A DNA stretch of 64,000 bases, taken from positions 451,501 through 515,500 of the forward strand of contig JACQJH010000001.1 in NCBI GenBank assembly GCA_016205145.1, read 5' to 3'. The DNA comes from Candidatus Iainarchaeum sp. Lineage in GTDB: Archaea > Iainarchaeota > Iainarchaeia > Iainarchaeales > JACQJH01. The translations under genes were made by a program, and so were the position numbers. The notes beneath the pieces are model-generated. The model was not told the origin of the DNA and did not search any database. It was given only the letters and a program-made list of their open reading frames with translations. Shown here piece by piece: positions 36,169-46,358 of the stretch (positions are counted from its first letter, which is position 1; each line of letters opens with the position of its first letter).

Positions 36169-36783
36169 TTGTTGAAAAAATCGTTTATTGCAGTTTCAAT
36201 TTTCTTCCTGATTTTCCTTTTGGGCTGTGCGCAGCAGGGCACCGGCATTGGCGGAGTTTCCCTGAAGGACTGCGGCAATGACGCGACCTGCTTCGACGCG
36301 GCTTCGCAGAAATGCGAGGCGGCGAAAGCAACGCTTTCACAGTCAACCGAACAGGGCTCCGTTCAAACCTATGCGGAGAGCAGGGGCAAGTCCGGCGGAA
36401 ACTGCGAATTTTATTCCAAGATAATCAAGTTTGACATTGCCACGGATGCCCCCGGGGTTTCGCCCGAATTTTCGGCCAAGGTGAATGCTCTTGTCAAGGG
36501 CCTTGAAGGCAAGGACATGGTATGCAGGGTTCCGGAGGACAAGGCAAAATCCCAGGTGCTGGACTTTGCCGAAAGCCAGGACCTTTTTGAAAAGTACTGC
36601 TCCGGTGCGCTGAAAGACGAGCTTTCAGCACTGCAGTCCAAGCTTGCGGATTTGGTGCAGCAGGAACTGCAGGCGCAGATTGCGGCAGCAGGCCCACAGT
36701 CCGGAACCGCTGACCCAACGGCTGAACAGCCCGCATATCCTGACTATGCTCCGCCGGTTGATGAAACGGGAAGCGCGCAATAA
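36169..36783 (+). CDS. Putative lipoprotein or secreted protein of unknown function.
   Basis: Signal peptide with lipobox-like LLGCAQQ. It is Cys-containing and has a Pro/acidic C-terminus. Confidence 0.45.
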   Translation: MLKKSFIAVSIFFLIFLLGCAQQGTGIGGVSLKDCGNDATCFDAASQKCEAAKATLSQSTEQGSVQTYAESRGKSGGNCEFYSKIIKFDIATDAPGVSPEFSAKVNALVKGLEGKDMVCRVPEDKAKSQVLDFAESQDLFEKYCSGALKDELSALQSKLADLVQQELQAQIAAAGPQSGTADPTAEQPAYPDYAPPVDETGSAQ

Positions 36784-36817
36784 GCGCTTCTCCCCTTTTC
36801 TTTTTTTTTTAATTTTT

Positions 36818-37441
36818 TCATTTGCCGAGAATTTCGGTCCTGCCGGAATAAAGCTTTTTGAATTTCTCGGCGTCCGCAGCCGAGCCCACAATGCTCGCGT
36901 AATGCATGGGCACGGCAATTTTCGGCCTGATTGTTTCAGCCGCCTTTGCTGCTTCTTCCGCGGTCATCACATAGGTTCCTGAAACGGGCAAAAACGCGAC
37001 GTCGATGTTTTCGAGCCCTGACATTTCCGGAATGAAATCCGTGTCGCCGGCGTGGTAAACGCGAATTCCGTCCATTTCAATTACAACGCCGATGCCCAGT
37101 CCCTTCGGATGGAATTTCTTGTTTGTGTTGTACGCCTCCACCGCGGAAATTCTGGCCCCGGCAATTTCAATGCTTTCGCCTGCGGACAAGCCGCTTGCGT
37201 TTTTGCCGATTTTTGCGGCACAGCTTTTGGCGCAGACGATTTTTGTCTTTTCGGACGAAATTTTTGCGATATCCTGCAGGCTCAGGTGATCGAAATGTTC
37301 GTGCGTTACAACGATTATGTCCGCCTTGAAACCGGCGGCAATCCTGAACGGGTCGATGCACACTGTTTTCGAGCCGGAAATCTTGGCCGAATCATGGCCC
37401 AGAAGCTCAAATGAAACATTCCTGAATTCAAGTTTTCCCAA
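36818..37441 (-). CDS. Metallo-beta-lactamase-fold hydrolase.
   Basis: VVTHEHFDH (HxHxDH) and a downstream HAGD. Confidence 0.75.
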   Translation of the reverse strand: MGKLEFRNVSFELLGHDSAKISGSKTVCIDPFRIAAGFKADIIVVTHEHFDHLSLQDIAKISSEKTKIVCAKSCAAKIGKNASGLSAGESIEIAGARISAVEAYNTNKKFHPKGLGIGVVIEMDGIRVYHAGDTDFIPEMSGLENIDVAFLPVSGTYVMTAEEAAKAAETIRPKIAVPMHYASIVGSAADAEKFKKLYSGRTEILGK

Positions 37442-37480
37442 TCAAACACCGCCAGCATGTTTTGGTGCATTCCGGCTTTT

Positions 37481-38635
37481 TTATTTTTTGCCCGCATTGA
37501 GCACGACGATTGCGGTTGCGCTTGCCAGGGCGCTGAATGCGAATGCCGCCTGCGCCCCGAAAGCGCCCCACAGCACTCCTGCGATAATGCTTGCAGGCAA
37601 CAGCAGCAGTCCCGTTATGCCCTGGTACGTGGCAATGGCACCAGTCCTTTTTTCCTTCGGGACAAGCTCCGAGGCAATCGTGCGCTGAATGGTTTCAGTG
37701 CCGGCTGTGGCAATGCCATAAAGCAAAAGAAGCACGACTGCAATCCAGATTTCATTGGAGATTGCGAGCAGGGCGAAGGAAACCGCGAACAACGCAAATG
37801 AGACTGACAATCCATTTTTCCTTCCAAACCTGTCGGCAAGCCTGCCCAATGGAACCGTGAACAGCGCATACGCAATGTTGAATGCAAGGTATGCAAGCGG
37901 CACGAAAGCTATCGGCATTCCAAGCTCCTGGATTCTTATAAGGAGAAACGCAAGGCTCATGTTTCCGGCGGCAAAAACGCATGATGCCAGAAAGAACCGC
38001 CTGTAGCCAGTGCCTTCGCCGGCTAAAACCTTTTCCTCGGACGCCTTTGCATTTTTTGCCGCCGGTTCCCTTACAAGCACGAATATTGCCACCAGTGCCA
38101 CAACTGCCGGAATGAACGAGAGCAGGAAAACGAGCCTGAAATTGCCGGAAAAAACCGCGAGAATTGCGAACGCCAATAGTGGGCCGATTATCGCTCCAAG
38201 CGTGTCCATTGCGCGGTGCACGCCGAAAGAAAACCCGCGCGAACTCTTATCGGAAGAATCGGCTATGAGCGCGTCCCTCGGCGGCCCCCTGAGGCCTTTT
38301 CCGGCGCGGTCAACGAACCTGACTGCAAGGACATGCCACCACACGGTTGAAAGCGCAAAAAACGGTTTTGCTATCGCCGACAAACCGTAACCGAAAATCA
38401 TCGCGCTCTTTTTTTTGCCGAAAAACTTTTCCAGTTTGGGCGCGAGGAGGCTGAATACGCTGGCGGTCGATCCGGCAATGCCCTCGATCATGCCTATGGC
38501 CGCCTTGTCAAGCAGGAGCACGCCTGACATGAATGCCGGCAGAATGGAAAAAATCATTTCGCTTGAAATGTCGGTAAGCAGGCTGACAATGCCCAGAACA
38601 AAGACATTCGGCTTGATTTTGTCAAAAAACCCCAT
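37481..38635 (-). CDS. MFS transporter.
   Basis: 12 predicted TM helices. MFS loop motifs RFVDRAGKGLRGPPRDA and LADRFGRK. Confidence 0.8.
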   Translation of the reverse strand: MGFFDKIKPNVFVLGIVSLLTDISSEMIFSILPAFMSGVLLLDKAAIGMIEGIAGSTASVFSLLAPKLEKFFGKKKSAMIFGYGLSAIAKPFFALSTVWWHVLAVRFVDRAGKGLRGPPRDALIADSSDKSSRGFSFGVHRAMDTLGAIIGPLLAFAILAVFSGNFRLVFLLSFIPAVVALVAIFVLVREPAAKNAKASEEKVLAGEGTGYRRFFLASCVFAAGNMSLAFLLIRIQELGMPIAFVPLAYLAFNIAYALFTVPLGRLADRFGRKNGLSVSFALFAVSFALLAISNEIWIAVVLLLLYGIATAGTETIQRTIASELVPKEKRTGAIATYQGITGLLLLPASIIAGVLWGAFGAQAAFAFSALASATAIVVLNAGKK

Positions 38636-38659
38636 CCTGCACCGCCGCGCCCAAAACCT

Positions 38660-39778
38660 TCAGGTGTTTCCGACCGCGCTTTTTTTGATTTCGTGGACCG
38701 CCAGCACGAACAATCCAGCAGTCCACGCGAAAGGCTTTTCGCATTTGAGCATGAATGAGTTTGCCGGAACGCCTTTTTCGTCGAGTATTTCAGGCGAGGC
38801 ATTGGCCATGTTTATGATGCCTGCGATTGCCCTGAGCTGCTGTTCCGCTTCCTTTGACAACCCCATCTGTTTCATTGCAACCGCGTTCAGGCAGCCGATC
38901 CACGGCCAGCTGAAGCCGTTATGGTAATGGTATGCCCTGAACGGCAGGAGCAGGAGCGCAATGCGCCATGGCGGATAAGGCGGAAAATTGGTTTTCATGG
39001 GCACTTTCGCAAGCTGCCTCTGCTTCACGTAATTCTGCACCATCTGCGCCTGCACACCATCGGCTATTCCCCAAAGGCACGCCAAAACGTTTCCGTCCGA
39101 GGAGAAAAAATCCTGTTCCCAGAAATCGAACCAGTCGTTGTAATAGCCGCCGTTCCAGAACCGCTGGTTCAATTTTTCCCTGACGCGTTCCGCAAGCCGT
39201 GCATGTTCTTCCGCAGGTTCCTTTTTCCCGGCAATGGCGCAAAGCTTTGAAAAATCCGACAACGCCCTGCAATAACAGCAGTTCGTGTAAAGCACGTTCC
39301 CGAATTTGAGGACAGTGTCCATCCAGTTGGCGAAAAGCCCTTCCTCGATGAGGAAATCACTGTTGCGGTCCCCCGCTTTCAGCCAGGCCATCGCCTTTTC
39401 TGCCTTTTCAAAATTGTCCAACAGGAATTTCCTGTCATTGCTTTTCTGCACATAGTCAAGGAATGCCATGAAAAAAAGCGCCTGGCTGTCGATGCAGGGC
39501 GAAAAAAGCATGGGCTTGTACGATGGCCTGAGCTTCCTTGAAACCCTGCCCGGCAGCAAGCCGTCCTTTCTCTGCAGGGAAAGGAACAGCGACAGGTTCT
39601 TTTTGGAAATTTCAAAGTCCCCGAGGCAGTTCGCGCCCAAAGAGGCGAAAAAGGAATCCCGCGCCCAGTACTCGTTGAAATTCCTCAGGCCTGCTACAAT
39701 CCCGTCCTTTGAATAGCATCTGCGCAGGTCGCCGGCCGCGGTTTCATACGCGAGCGCAATCTCGGTTTTTTCGGGCAT
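38660..39778 (-). CDS. Six-hairpin (alpha/alpha)6 glycoside hydrolase, GH63/glycogen-debranching C-terminal-like.
   Basis: Trp/Tyr-rich pattern (NFNEYWARDSFF, LYTNCCYCRAL, WNGGYYNDW) typical of GDE_C/GH63-like enzymes. Assignment is by resemblance. Confidence 0.5.
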   Translation of the reverse strand: MPEKTEIALAYETAAGDLRRCYSKDGIVAGLRNFNEYWARDSFFASLGANCLGDFEISKKNLSLFLSLQRKDGLLPGRVSRKLRPSYKPMLFSPCIDSQALFFMAFLDYVQKSNDRKFLLDNFEKAEKAMAWLKAGDRNSDFLIEEGLFANWMDTVLKFGNVLYTNCCYCRALSDFSKLCAIAGKKEPAEEHARLAERVREKLNQRFWNGGYYNDWFDFWEQDFFSSDGNVLACLWGIADGVQAQMVQNYVKQRQLAKVPMKTNFPPYPPWRIALLLLPFRAYHYHNGFSWPWIGCLNAVAMKQMGLSKEAEQQLRAIAGIINMANASPEILDEKGVPANSFMLKCEKPFAWTAGLFVLAVHEIKKSAVGNT

Positions 39779-39915
39779 GCCGCAAAGAATAGGAGCAAAA
39801 AAGCTTTAATGCTTTCAATTTGGCTGGCTTTTCTTCCGCCTTACCGGAAAAGCTTTTTAACCCCTTTACCTTTAATTAGTTCAGGTTTTTTTTGAGTCGC
39901 GGGGGAGAGAAAAAA

Positions 39916-42441
39916 GTGCAACGCTGGCATGCGGCTTTTCTTGCACTTCTCGCCGTATTGGTCCTTCCCGCAGGCGCATTCGCCGCGGTTTCACTCTCAA
40001 TCGCAGGCGGCGCGGCATACACCAACACCGCGACGCCGCAACTCGCCATAACCGCAGATAACACGACCGACGCCAACATGTTCTTTTCCTGCACTGGCGC
40101 GGTATGGTCAGCATCACAGCCATTCCAGGCAACTTATTCGTCTTTCAACATCACTTCCGGCGAAGGCTGTTCGTCTGGCGACGGCCTGAAACCGGTTCAC
40201 GTCAAAGTCCAAAAGCAAACCGGCGAAGAAACCGACAACAAAACGATAACCCTTGACACGTCGGTTCCGACAATTTCCGGCCGGACTCCGGCAAACAACA
40301 CTTACACTTCCAACACACTGCCGGCAATAATTTTCGATGCCAACGATTCCGGCTCAGGCATCAACGATTCAAACACGGTTTTGAAAATCGGCGGCTCCGC
40401 TGTCGACCTGACCGGCAAGAAAACCGCCACAAGCACGGGTTACAGGATTTCATACGCGATTTCCTCTGCCTTGTCGCATGCCCAGACCGTGAGCCTTGAG
40501 GCAAGCGCGGCCGACAATGCAGGAAACACTGTTTCCTCGTCCTGGTCTTTCACAGCGGATTTGCAGGGTCCATCAACCGCAAGCGTTTCATCTTCAAGCG
40601 ACACAAACAATGCGAATGTCAAGTTTTCCATAAGCAATGTTTCGGATTCCGGCATCGGCGTGACCCAAGGCAATGGAAAGGTTGCGTTTTCATGCACGAA
40701 TTCTCTGCCTTCAACAAGCGTTGCGTTCGCATCAGACGTAAACTTTGACATCACTTCGTCAAGCCACGGCTGTTCTTCTGGCGAGGGCGCAAAAGCCCTC
40801 TATTTCTGGGTTGCCGATGACTTGGGCAACTGGATGCAAACCGCTGCGCAGAAAACTGTAAACTATGATATAACAAAGCCGTCCACGCCTTCAACGCCCC
40901 GCATCACAGTCGGCGACAGCAAGATTGACCTTGCATGGGATGCGGCGTCCGACAACCTGAGCGGCCTCAAGGAATACGTCATTTACCAGGACAACGCTCT
41001 TCTCACCACTACCACGTCGACAACTTACACTGTAACCGGCCTTTCAAACGGTTCGACTTATTCTTTCAGCCTGAGTTCGCGCGACAATGCCGGCAACCAA
41101 AGCGACAAGTCCGGCAGTTCCGCTGGCGTGCCGGTGTCGTCTTCCGGCAGTTCCGGAAATTCCGGCTCTTCCGATTCATCCGATGATTCTGACAGCCCCG
41201 CGCCAACTGTGCTTGTCGACTCCACCCTGCCTGATGTTTCGTTTGTCAATCCTTCCGCGGGCGACAATGTCAAGGGCATTTTTGAGGTTAAGGTGAAGGC
41301 GACGGATGCGCGCGCGATTTACAATGTGGGCCTTTACGTCGACTCCAAGGATGAAAAAAACCTTGTCGCGGCAAAGGACGTTTCGGAGAACGACGAGTTT
41401 GCCTTTTCGGTTGATTCCTCGAAATGGCCTGACGGCAGCCATGAACTGATTGCGGTTGCAACGGACTTTTCGCCTCAGCGCAACAAGAACGAGGCAAAGC
41501 TTGCGGTTGTTTTCGCCAACGCCGAAAAAAAGCCGGAGCAGGCAGTGCAAAAGAAGGCCAAAACCGAAGAGCAAAAGCCTGAAACGGTTTATTCAAAAGT
41601 TTACATTATGCCTTCCAGGGAAAGCGCGGCAAAGGCCCTGGCCTTGCTTGGATTGGGTGCCAATGCAAGCGCAGAGGCCGCGAACACTGTTTCCAATGGA
41701 ACGCTTGAAAGGAAAATCGAGATTTCGTCTGATGCGGACAGCAACGGCTTGTTCGGCTTGAAAGTGCGGATTTCATTCACGAACGTTTCCGGCGGCGGCA
41801 GCCTGAAGGTCCTGGAATTCGTGCCAAAGGAAATAGCAGAAAAGGCTTCTTTAATCCGGTCGGAACTCCCCTTCAATGTCATTGCCGACGACCCGGTAAT
41901 AGAGTTTGACGTGAACGCGGATGCAAACCAGAGCGTTTCAATCGACTACTGGCTTGAGGCGGATTTGAACAAGGCCGAAGCGGAAAAGCTTTCAAAGGCA
42001 AACCTTGCATCCAAATTCAGCGCGCCCCCCGTTGTTCTGCCCGCGGAGACCAAAATAGATTACGCTTCGATAAAGGCCGCGGTTGAACCAAAACCGGATG
42101 ACTTGCTTTCCGGTTTTTCCGGCCTGCTGAGCCTCGCCGACATGAAGCTTCCGTTCGGGCTGAACGCGGGCATGGCTGTCCTCGGCATAATTGCGGTTTC
42201 ATTGGTGTTTTTGTTCGGAGCGTCGTTTTTGAGGAAAGCGCATTCGCCGGCTGAACAAGGCGAGCCGGGGGAAGAGCTCGGCGAAAAGGTTTTCGTCGAA
42301 GCCGACGAGACAATTGCAACGGAGCCTGTCACGGCTCCAGGGCAGATAATAAAAAGGCCCGCCGATAAAAAGCGGAAAAAGGATTCCCTGGAAAAGATTG
42401 AGGACAAAATAAAGGGCCTGCGGTCGAAAGAAGATTTATAA
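39916..42441 (+). CDS. Large cell-surface protein. It has a signal peptide, repeated Ig-like modules with a GCSSG[DE]G motif, an FN3 domain, a Ser-rich linker, and a C-terminal TM anchor plus a charged tail.
   Basis: Signal FLALLAVLVLPAGAFA. Repeats ITSGEGCSSGDGLKPVHV and ITSSSHGCSSGEGAKALYF. FN3-like ...LAWDAASDNLSGLKEYVIYQ...TYTVTGLSNGSTYSFS. C-terminal TM GMAVLGIIAVSLVFLFG. GTG start. Confidence 0.6.
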   Translation: MQRWHAAFLALLAVLVLPAGAFAAVSLSIAGGAAYTNTATPQLAITADNTTDANMFFSCTGAVWSASQPFQATYSSFNITSGEGCSSGDGLKPVHVKVQKQTGEETDNKTITLDTSVPTISGRTPANNTYTSNTLPAIIFDANDSGSGINDSNTVLKIGGSAVDLTGKKTATSTGYRISYAISSALSHAQTVSLEASAADNAGNTVSSSWSFTADLQGPSTASVSSSSDTNNANVKFSISNVSDSGIGVTQGNGKVAFSCTNSLPSTSVAFASDVNFDITSSSHGCSSGEGAKALYFWVADDLGNWMQTAAQKTVNYDITKPSTPSTPRITVGDSKIDLAWDAASDNLSGLKEYVIYQDNALLTTTTSTTYTVTGLSNGSTYSFSLSSRDNAGNQSDKSGSSAGVPVSSSGSSGNSGSSDSSDDSDSPAPTVLVDSTLPDVSFVNPSAGDNVKGIFEVKVKATDARAIYNVGLYVDSKDEKNLVAAKDVSENDEFAFSVDSSKWPDGSHELIAVATDFSPQRNKNEAKLAVVFANAEKKPEQAVQKKAKTEEQKPETVYSKVYIMPSRESAAKALALLGLGANASAEAANTVSNGTLERKIEISSDADSNGLFGLKVRISFTNVSGGGSLKVLEFVPKEIAEKASLIRSELPFNVIADDPVIEFDVNADANQSVSIDYWLEADLNKAEAEKLSKANLASKFSAPPVVLPAETKIDYASIKAAVEPKPDDLLSGFSGLLSLADMKLPFGLNAGMAVLGIIAVSLVFLFGASFLRKAHSPAEQGEPGEELGEKVFVEADETIATEPVTAPGQIIKRPADKKRKKDSLEKIEDKIKGLRSKEDL

Positions 42442-42477
42442 TCAATAATGGTGCAATAAAATCGGGGTTGAAATTTT

Positions 42478-43254
42478 TTGGGCGAAAGCTTTCTTTTTTG
42501 TTCGGGGAAAGGCGGAGTCGGGAAGACTTCTTCCGCGATAAACCTTTCCTTCGCTTTGGCCGAGCTTGGCAGGCGTGTCGCGCTCGTCGACGTCAATGTC
42601 CCGAATCCGAACATCGCGTTCCATTTGAAGATTCCGGATTACGTTGAAACCCTGAATGAATTGATGCTGGGGAAAAAGCAGCAGCACAAGATTCCCGGCT
42701 ATTACAACTGGCGCCTTCGCATTGTTCCCGCGGCGTTTTCCGTGAGGGCAATGGAGAGCTTTGACCTCCGCTCTTTCAGCGCAGCGCTCAAAGGCATCTG
42801 CTCTGAAACCGATGTCATGATGCTTGACTCCGCACCAGGCCTCGGCGCGGAAGTCGTGGCGTCGCTTGAGGTTTCCGACAAGGTTGTCATAGTCACAAAC
42901 CCTGAAATTCCGGCCCTGGCGGATGCGGCAAAGACAATCCACATAGCAAATGACCGCGGCATAGAGGTTTCCGGCGTAATAGTGAACAGGGTGGGAAGGT
43001 TCAGGCACGAGCTGAAGCGCAGTGAAATCCTGAACGTGATCGACAATGTTCCGATTCTGGGCGAGATTCCCGAAGACCCGTTTGTTTCAAGCGCCGTGCG
43101 TTCCGGACAGCCGGTCGTGCTCAAATATCCTGCGAGCAAGGCGGCGCGCGAATACAAGCGCATTGCATCCAAGCTCATAGGCGAAAAGTTCGTCGACAGG
43201 ACCGGCGTTGTGGACCGCCTGCAATTGTTCCTTGAAAAATTCAAGCCGGTCTGA
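42478..43254 (+). CDS. MinD/ParA-family ATPase.
   Basis: Deviant Walker A SGKGGVGKTS. TTG start. Confidence 0.8.
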   Translation: MGESFLFCSGKGGVGKTSSAINLSFALAELGRRVALVDVNVPNPNIAFHLKIPDYVETLNELMLGKKQQHKIPGYYNWRLRIVPAAFSVRAMESFDLRSFSAALKGICSETDVMMLDSAPGLGAEVVASLEVSDKVVIVTNPEIPALADAAKTIHIANDRGIEVSGVIVNRVGRFRHELKRSEILNVIDNVPILGEIPEDPFVSSAVRSGQPVVLKYPASKAAREYKRIASKLIGEKFVDRTGVVDRLQLFLEKFKPV

Positions 43255-43304
43255 GGCAATTGTTTTAATTCCGTCATTGCATTGGTCTTTCAGGTGGTTG
43301 TCTT

Positions 43305-43949
43305 TTGAAAATTGCCGCATCAGTCCTGTCAGCCGATTTTTCGCGCCTTGGCGAGGAAATACGCGCTGTTGATGGCGCGGGCGTTGACTGGCTCCAGTTT
43401 GACGTCATGGACGGCATTTACGTTCCGAACATTTCTTTCGGCGCGCCAATAATCGCGTCGGCGCGCAAAGCTTCAAAGCTTTTTTTCGATTCGCATTTGA
43501 TGATTGCCAAACCGGAGCGGTTCATAAGCCAGTTCGCGGAAGCCGGCAGCGACAACATCACTTTTCACGTCGAAGCAACAAGGAATCCTGCGAAAACAAT
43601 AAAGATTATCCACGACAACGGCTGCAAGGCGGGGGTTGCGGCAAACGCAAAGGTTCCGGTCAAAAAACTTCTGCCATTCCTTTCAGAAGCCGACCTGGCG
43701 CTCATAATGACGGTCAACGCCGGTTTTTCAGGCCAGTCATTCATTTCCGGGTGCCTGAAAAAGGTCGAGGCCGTGGCAAAAACCAATGAAAGGGAAAAGC
43801 TCGGCCTTGAAATACAGGTCGACGGCGGAATAAACGCAAAAACCGCGCCATTGTGCCTTGCCGCGGGGGCAAACAACCTGGTTTCGGCTTCGCACATTTT
43901 CAAATCCGCCGATTATGCGAAGGCAGTGCTTTCGCTCCGGGGCCGGTAA
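43305..43949 (+). CDS. rpe: Ribulose-phosphate 3-epimerase.
   Basis: SVLSADFSRLGEE, DVMDG and the HLM motif. TTG start. Confidence 0.87.
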   Translation: MKIAASVLSADFSRLGEEIRAVDGAGVDWLQFDVMDGIYVPNISFGAPIIASARKASKLFFDSHLMIAKPERFISQFAEAGSDNITFHVEATRNPAKTIKIIHDNGCKAGVAANAKVPVKKLLPFLSEADLALIMTVNAGFSGQSFISGCLKKVEAVAKTNEREKLGLEIQVDGGINAKTAPLCLAAGANNLVSASHIFKSADYAKAVLSLRGR

Positions 43950-43950
43950 A

Positions 43951-45306
43951 ATGGACGCCGCGGAAAAAATGCGCATTCTCGATGCAAACCTCGCATATTA
44001 CGGCATTTCGGTTGCGGATGCAATGGAAAACGCCGGCAAAGGCGTTGCCTCGGAAATCGAAAAGCGCTTCTGCCGGGGCAAGCGCAAAAAAATAGCTGTT
44101 TTCTGCGGCCTTGGCAATAACGGCGGCGACGGCCTGGTTTGCGCGCGTTATCTTGCAAAAAAAAACTCCGTTCACGTTTTCCTTGCCGGCAGGCCTGAAT
44201 TGATAAAAACCCCGGAAGCAAAGCTGAATTGGCAGAGGCTCAAAAAAACCAATGCCAAAGTGAAATGCATTTCTTCTGCATCGGAAATTTCCGCCGGCAA
44301 ATTCGACATTGTAGTCGAAGCCTTGGTGGGTTTGGGCGTTGAAGGCAGGCTGAAAGAGCCATTGCATTCCATTGTCGCAAAACTGAACGCCTTGCATGCA
44401 GGCAAGGTTGCAGTGGATGTTCCCGCGCCGGGCTTCAAGGCTGATCTGACCGTCTCCCTTCACAACGCAAAAGTGAATGGCGCCGTCGTGGTCGGCATCG
44501 GCATTCCAAAAGAGCTGGAAAACTTCACCGGCCCGGGCAATGTGAAAATCCTGAAACGGCCGGCCAAAAACAGCCACAAGGGCGAGAACGGAGTCGTTTT
44601 GCTTGTAGCAGGTTCAAGGAAATGGCATGGCGCCCCGGTTTTTGCCGGCCTCACGGCTTCAAGGCTCTGCGACCTGGTTTTGTTTGCCACTGCCCGGGAA
44701 AACATTCCAATAGCAAAGAAGGCTTCGCCGGAATTCATTGTCTTTCCCCTCCAATCTGCCTTGAAGGAAATAAACAAGGCTGACTGCGTGCTCATCGGCC
44801 CGGGCCTTGAGCCGAGCGCTTCAAACAAGGCGCTGATCAAAAAGCTTCTTTCGCACAAGGACAAGAAGTTCGTGCTCGACGCAACCGCGCTCCGGCTTGC
44901 GAACCCGTACTGGCTGAACGCAAATTGTGTTGTGACGCCGCACCGCGCCGAATTCAAGGCACTGTTCAAAGCCGGGCCGAACGAAAAAAACGTGAAGGCA
45001 ATGGCGAAAAAGTTCAACTGCATTGTCGTCCTGAAAGGTTCCGTCGACCTCATTTCCGACGGCCGGGCGGTTTACAAGAATTTTTCCGGCAACCAGGGCA
45101 TGACCAAAGGCGGCACTGGAGACGTGCTTGCCGGCCTGATTGCGGGCTTTGCGGCAACAAACGATTTGCTTTTGTCGTGCCTTGCCGCAGCTTTCCTGAA
45201 CGGCTTTGCCGGCGACTTGCTGAAAGAAGAGCGCGGATTCATGTTCAATGCCCAGGATTTAATGGAAATGATTCCCCGCGCAAAAAAACTTTTGGATGAA
45301 TTGTGA
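43951..45306 (+). CDS. nnr: Bifunctional NAD(P)H-hydrate repair enzyme (YjeF-N epimerase + ADP-dependent dehydratase).
   Basis: FCGLGNNGGDGLVCARYL (YjeF_N) and the C-terminal carbohydrate-kinase-like GGTGDVLAG. The ORF-track start at 43858 overlaps rpe, so ATG 43951 is preferred. Confidence 0.82.
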   Translation: MDAAEKMRILDANLAYYGISVADAMENAGKGVASEIEKRFCRGKRKKIAVFCGLGNNGGDGLVCARYLAKKNSVHVFLAGRPELIKTPEAKLNWQRLKKTNAKVKCISSASEISAGKFDIVVEALVGLGVEGRLKEPLHSIVAKLNALHAGKVAVDVPAPGFKADLTVSLHNAKVNGAVVVGIGIPKELENFTGPGNVKILKRPAKNSHKGENGVVLLVAGSRKWHGAPVFAGLTASRLCDLVLFATARENIPIAKKASPEFIVFPLQSALKEINKADCVLIGPGLEPSASNKALIKKLLSHKDKKFVLDATALRLANPYWLNANCVVTPHRAEFKALFKAGPNEKNVKAMAKKFNCIVVLKGSVDLISDGRAVYKNFSGNQGMTKGGTGDVLAGLIAGFAATNDLLLSCLAAAFLNGFAGDLLKEERGFMFNAQDLMEMIPRAKKLLDEL

Positions 45307-45313
45307 ACGGGCT

Positions 45314-46189
45314 TTATTCGGAGTCGACGCCTTTCACGCCCTTATCCGTTTCATGGCCCGGCTTTTCCCGGTTTTTCCTTAAGCGAAGGTATGCCGCATA
45401 GACTATTCCGAGATACGCAAAGTATCCGAGCACCTGCGACAGGGATGGCGCGGTGTCATATCCGACAATGCCTTTCAGGATTCCGCCGACTGCGCCTTTC
45501 TCGTGCATCAATGCGTAGCTGCCGTCGGCATTCATCGGCGGCGTGATGTCGTAAACGTGTTCCACTATGACGGGGAGCGCACCGGCTTCCTCCAATTCAT
45601 GGATTCCCTGTGAAAACAGGCCGGCCGCCAGCAGAACGAGAATTATGCTTGTGAATTTGAAGAACCTGCTCAATCTGACGTGCACGATGTGCCTGAAAAT
45701 AAGGTATGCCGCCACAACCGCCAAGGCAAACCCGATTGCAACCGCAGCAATGCTCACGGCTCCGGAGGAAATCCTGATGCCGTTAAGGAAAAGCACTATT
45801 TCAATGCCCTCGCGGAATATGTTCACGAATGACAGCATTGCAATGCCGATGCCGCTGCCAAGCATTGCCTGCCTGCCCACGCCCCGCTCTACTTCCTGCG
45901 CGATTTTCCTGTGCTTTAACATCCAGAGTATGAGCCATGTCACGAGAGCAGCCGCAACAATGAGCGTGACTCCTTCAAAAAGCGCTTCGACCGGCTCGAA
46001 GGCTTCCTCTGCAAACCCGAACAATGCCGCGGCAAGAACGCTCGCGATTCCCGCAAAAGCCGCGCCAATCCACACGTTTCCGGCAAACCTGCCGTTGCCG
46101 GTCTTGTAAAGGTACGCGAGCATTATGCCCACAAGCAATGAAATCTCGAAAAATTCCCTGAACGCAACAATGAATTCCGCAAGAGCCAT
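45314..46189 (-). CDS. FTR1/EfeU-family high-affinity iron permease.
   Basis: Two RExxE motifs in TM helices (FREFFE, FREGIE). The upstream part of the 452-aa track ORF is non-protein-like, so the start was taken at MALAEF. Confidence 0.7.
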   Translation of the reverse strand: MALAEFIVAFREFFEISLLVGIMLAYLYKTGNGRFAGNVWIGAAFAGIASVLAAALFGFAEEAFEPVEALFEGVTLIVAAALVTWLILWMLKHRKIAQEVERGVGRQAMLGSGIGIAMLSFVNIFREGIEIVLFLNGIRISSGAVSIAAVAIGFALAVVAAYLIFRHIVHVRLSRFFKFTSIILVLLAAGLFSQGIHELEEAGALPVIVEHVYDITPPMNADGSYALMHEKGAVGGILKGIVGYDTAPSLSQVLGYFAYLGIVYAAYLRLRKNREKPGHETDKGVKGVDSE

Positions 46190-46266
46190 TTGCACCAGTT
46201 TTGCAGTTTTTTTCCCATTTATTTTTTGAAGCCGCCAAGTCACGCCGGCCCAAAAAGCCAGTTCTA

Positions 46267-46290
46267 TTGTGGAACATTGTTGTGGAACAT
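46267..46290. promoter_or_regulatory. Tandem direct repeat TTGTGGAACAT x2 in the divergent FTR1/PAS-regulator intergenic region.
   Basis: Exact 11-mers at 46267-46277 and 46280-46290. Confidence 0.4.
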
Positions 46291-46358
46291 ATTTTAAACC
46301 TTTCCCGTTCCTTCCGCCGGCGCAAGCCTTTAAATTCCTGAGCCGCCTATTCTTTTGC

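Noticed and set aside
43858-43950. Upstream extension of nnr overlapping rpe
   Set aside because: The extension (MPRGQTTWFRLRTF...) is the out-of-frame 3' end of rpe. The ATG at 43951 directly follows the rpe stop and begins the conserved YjeF-N region.
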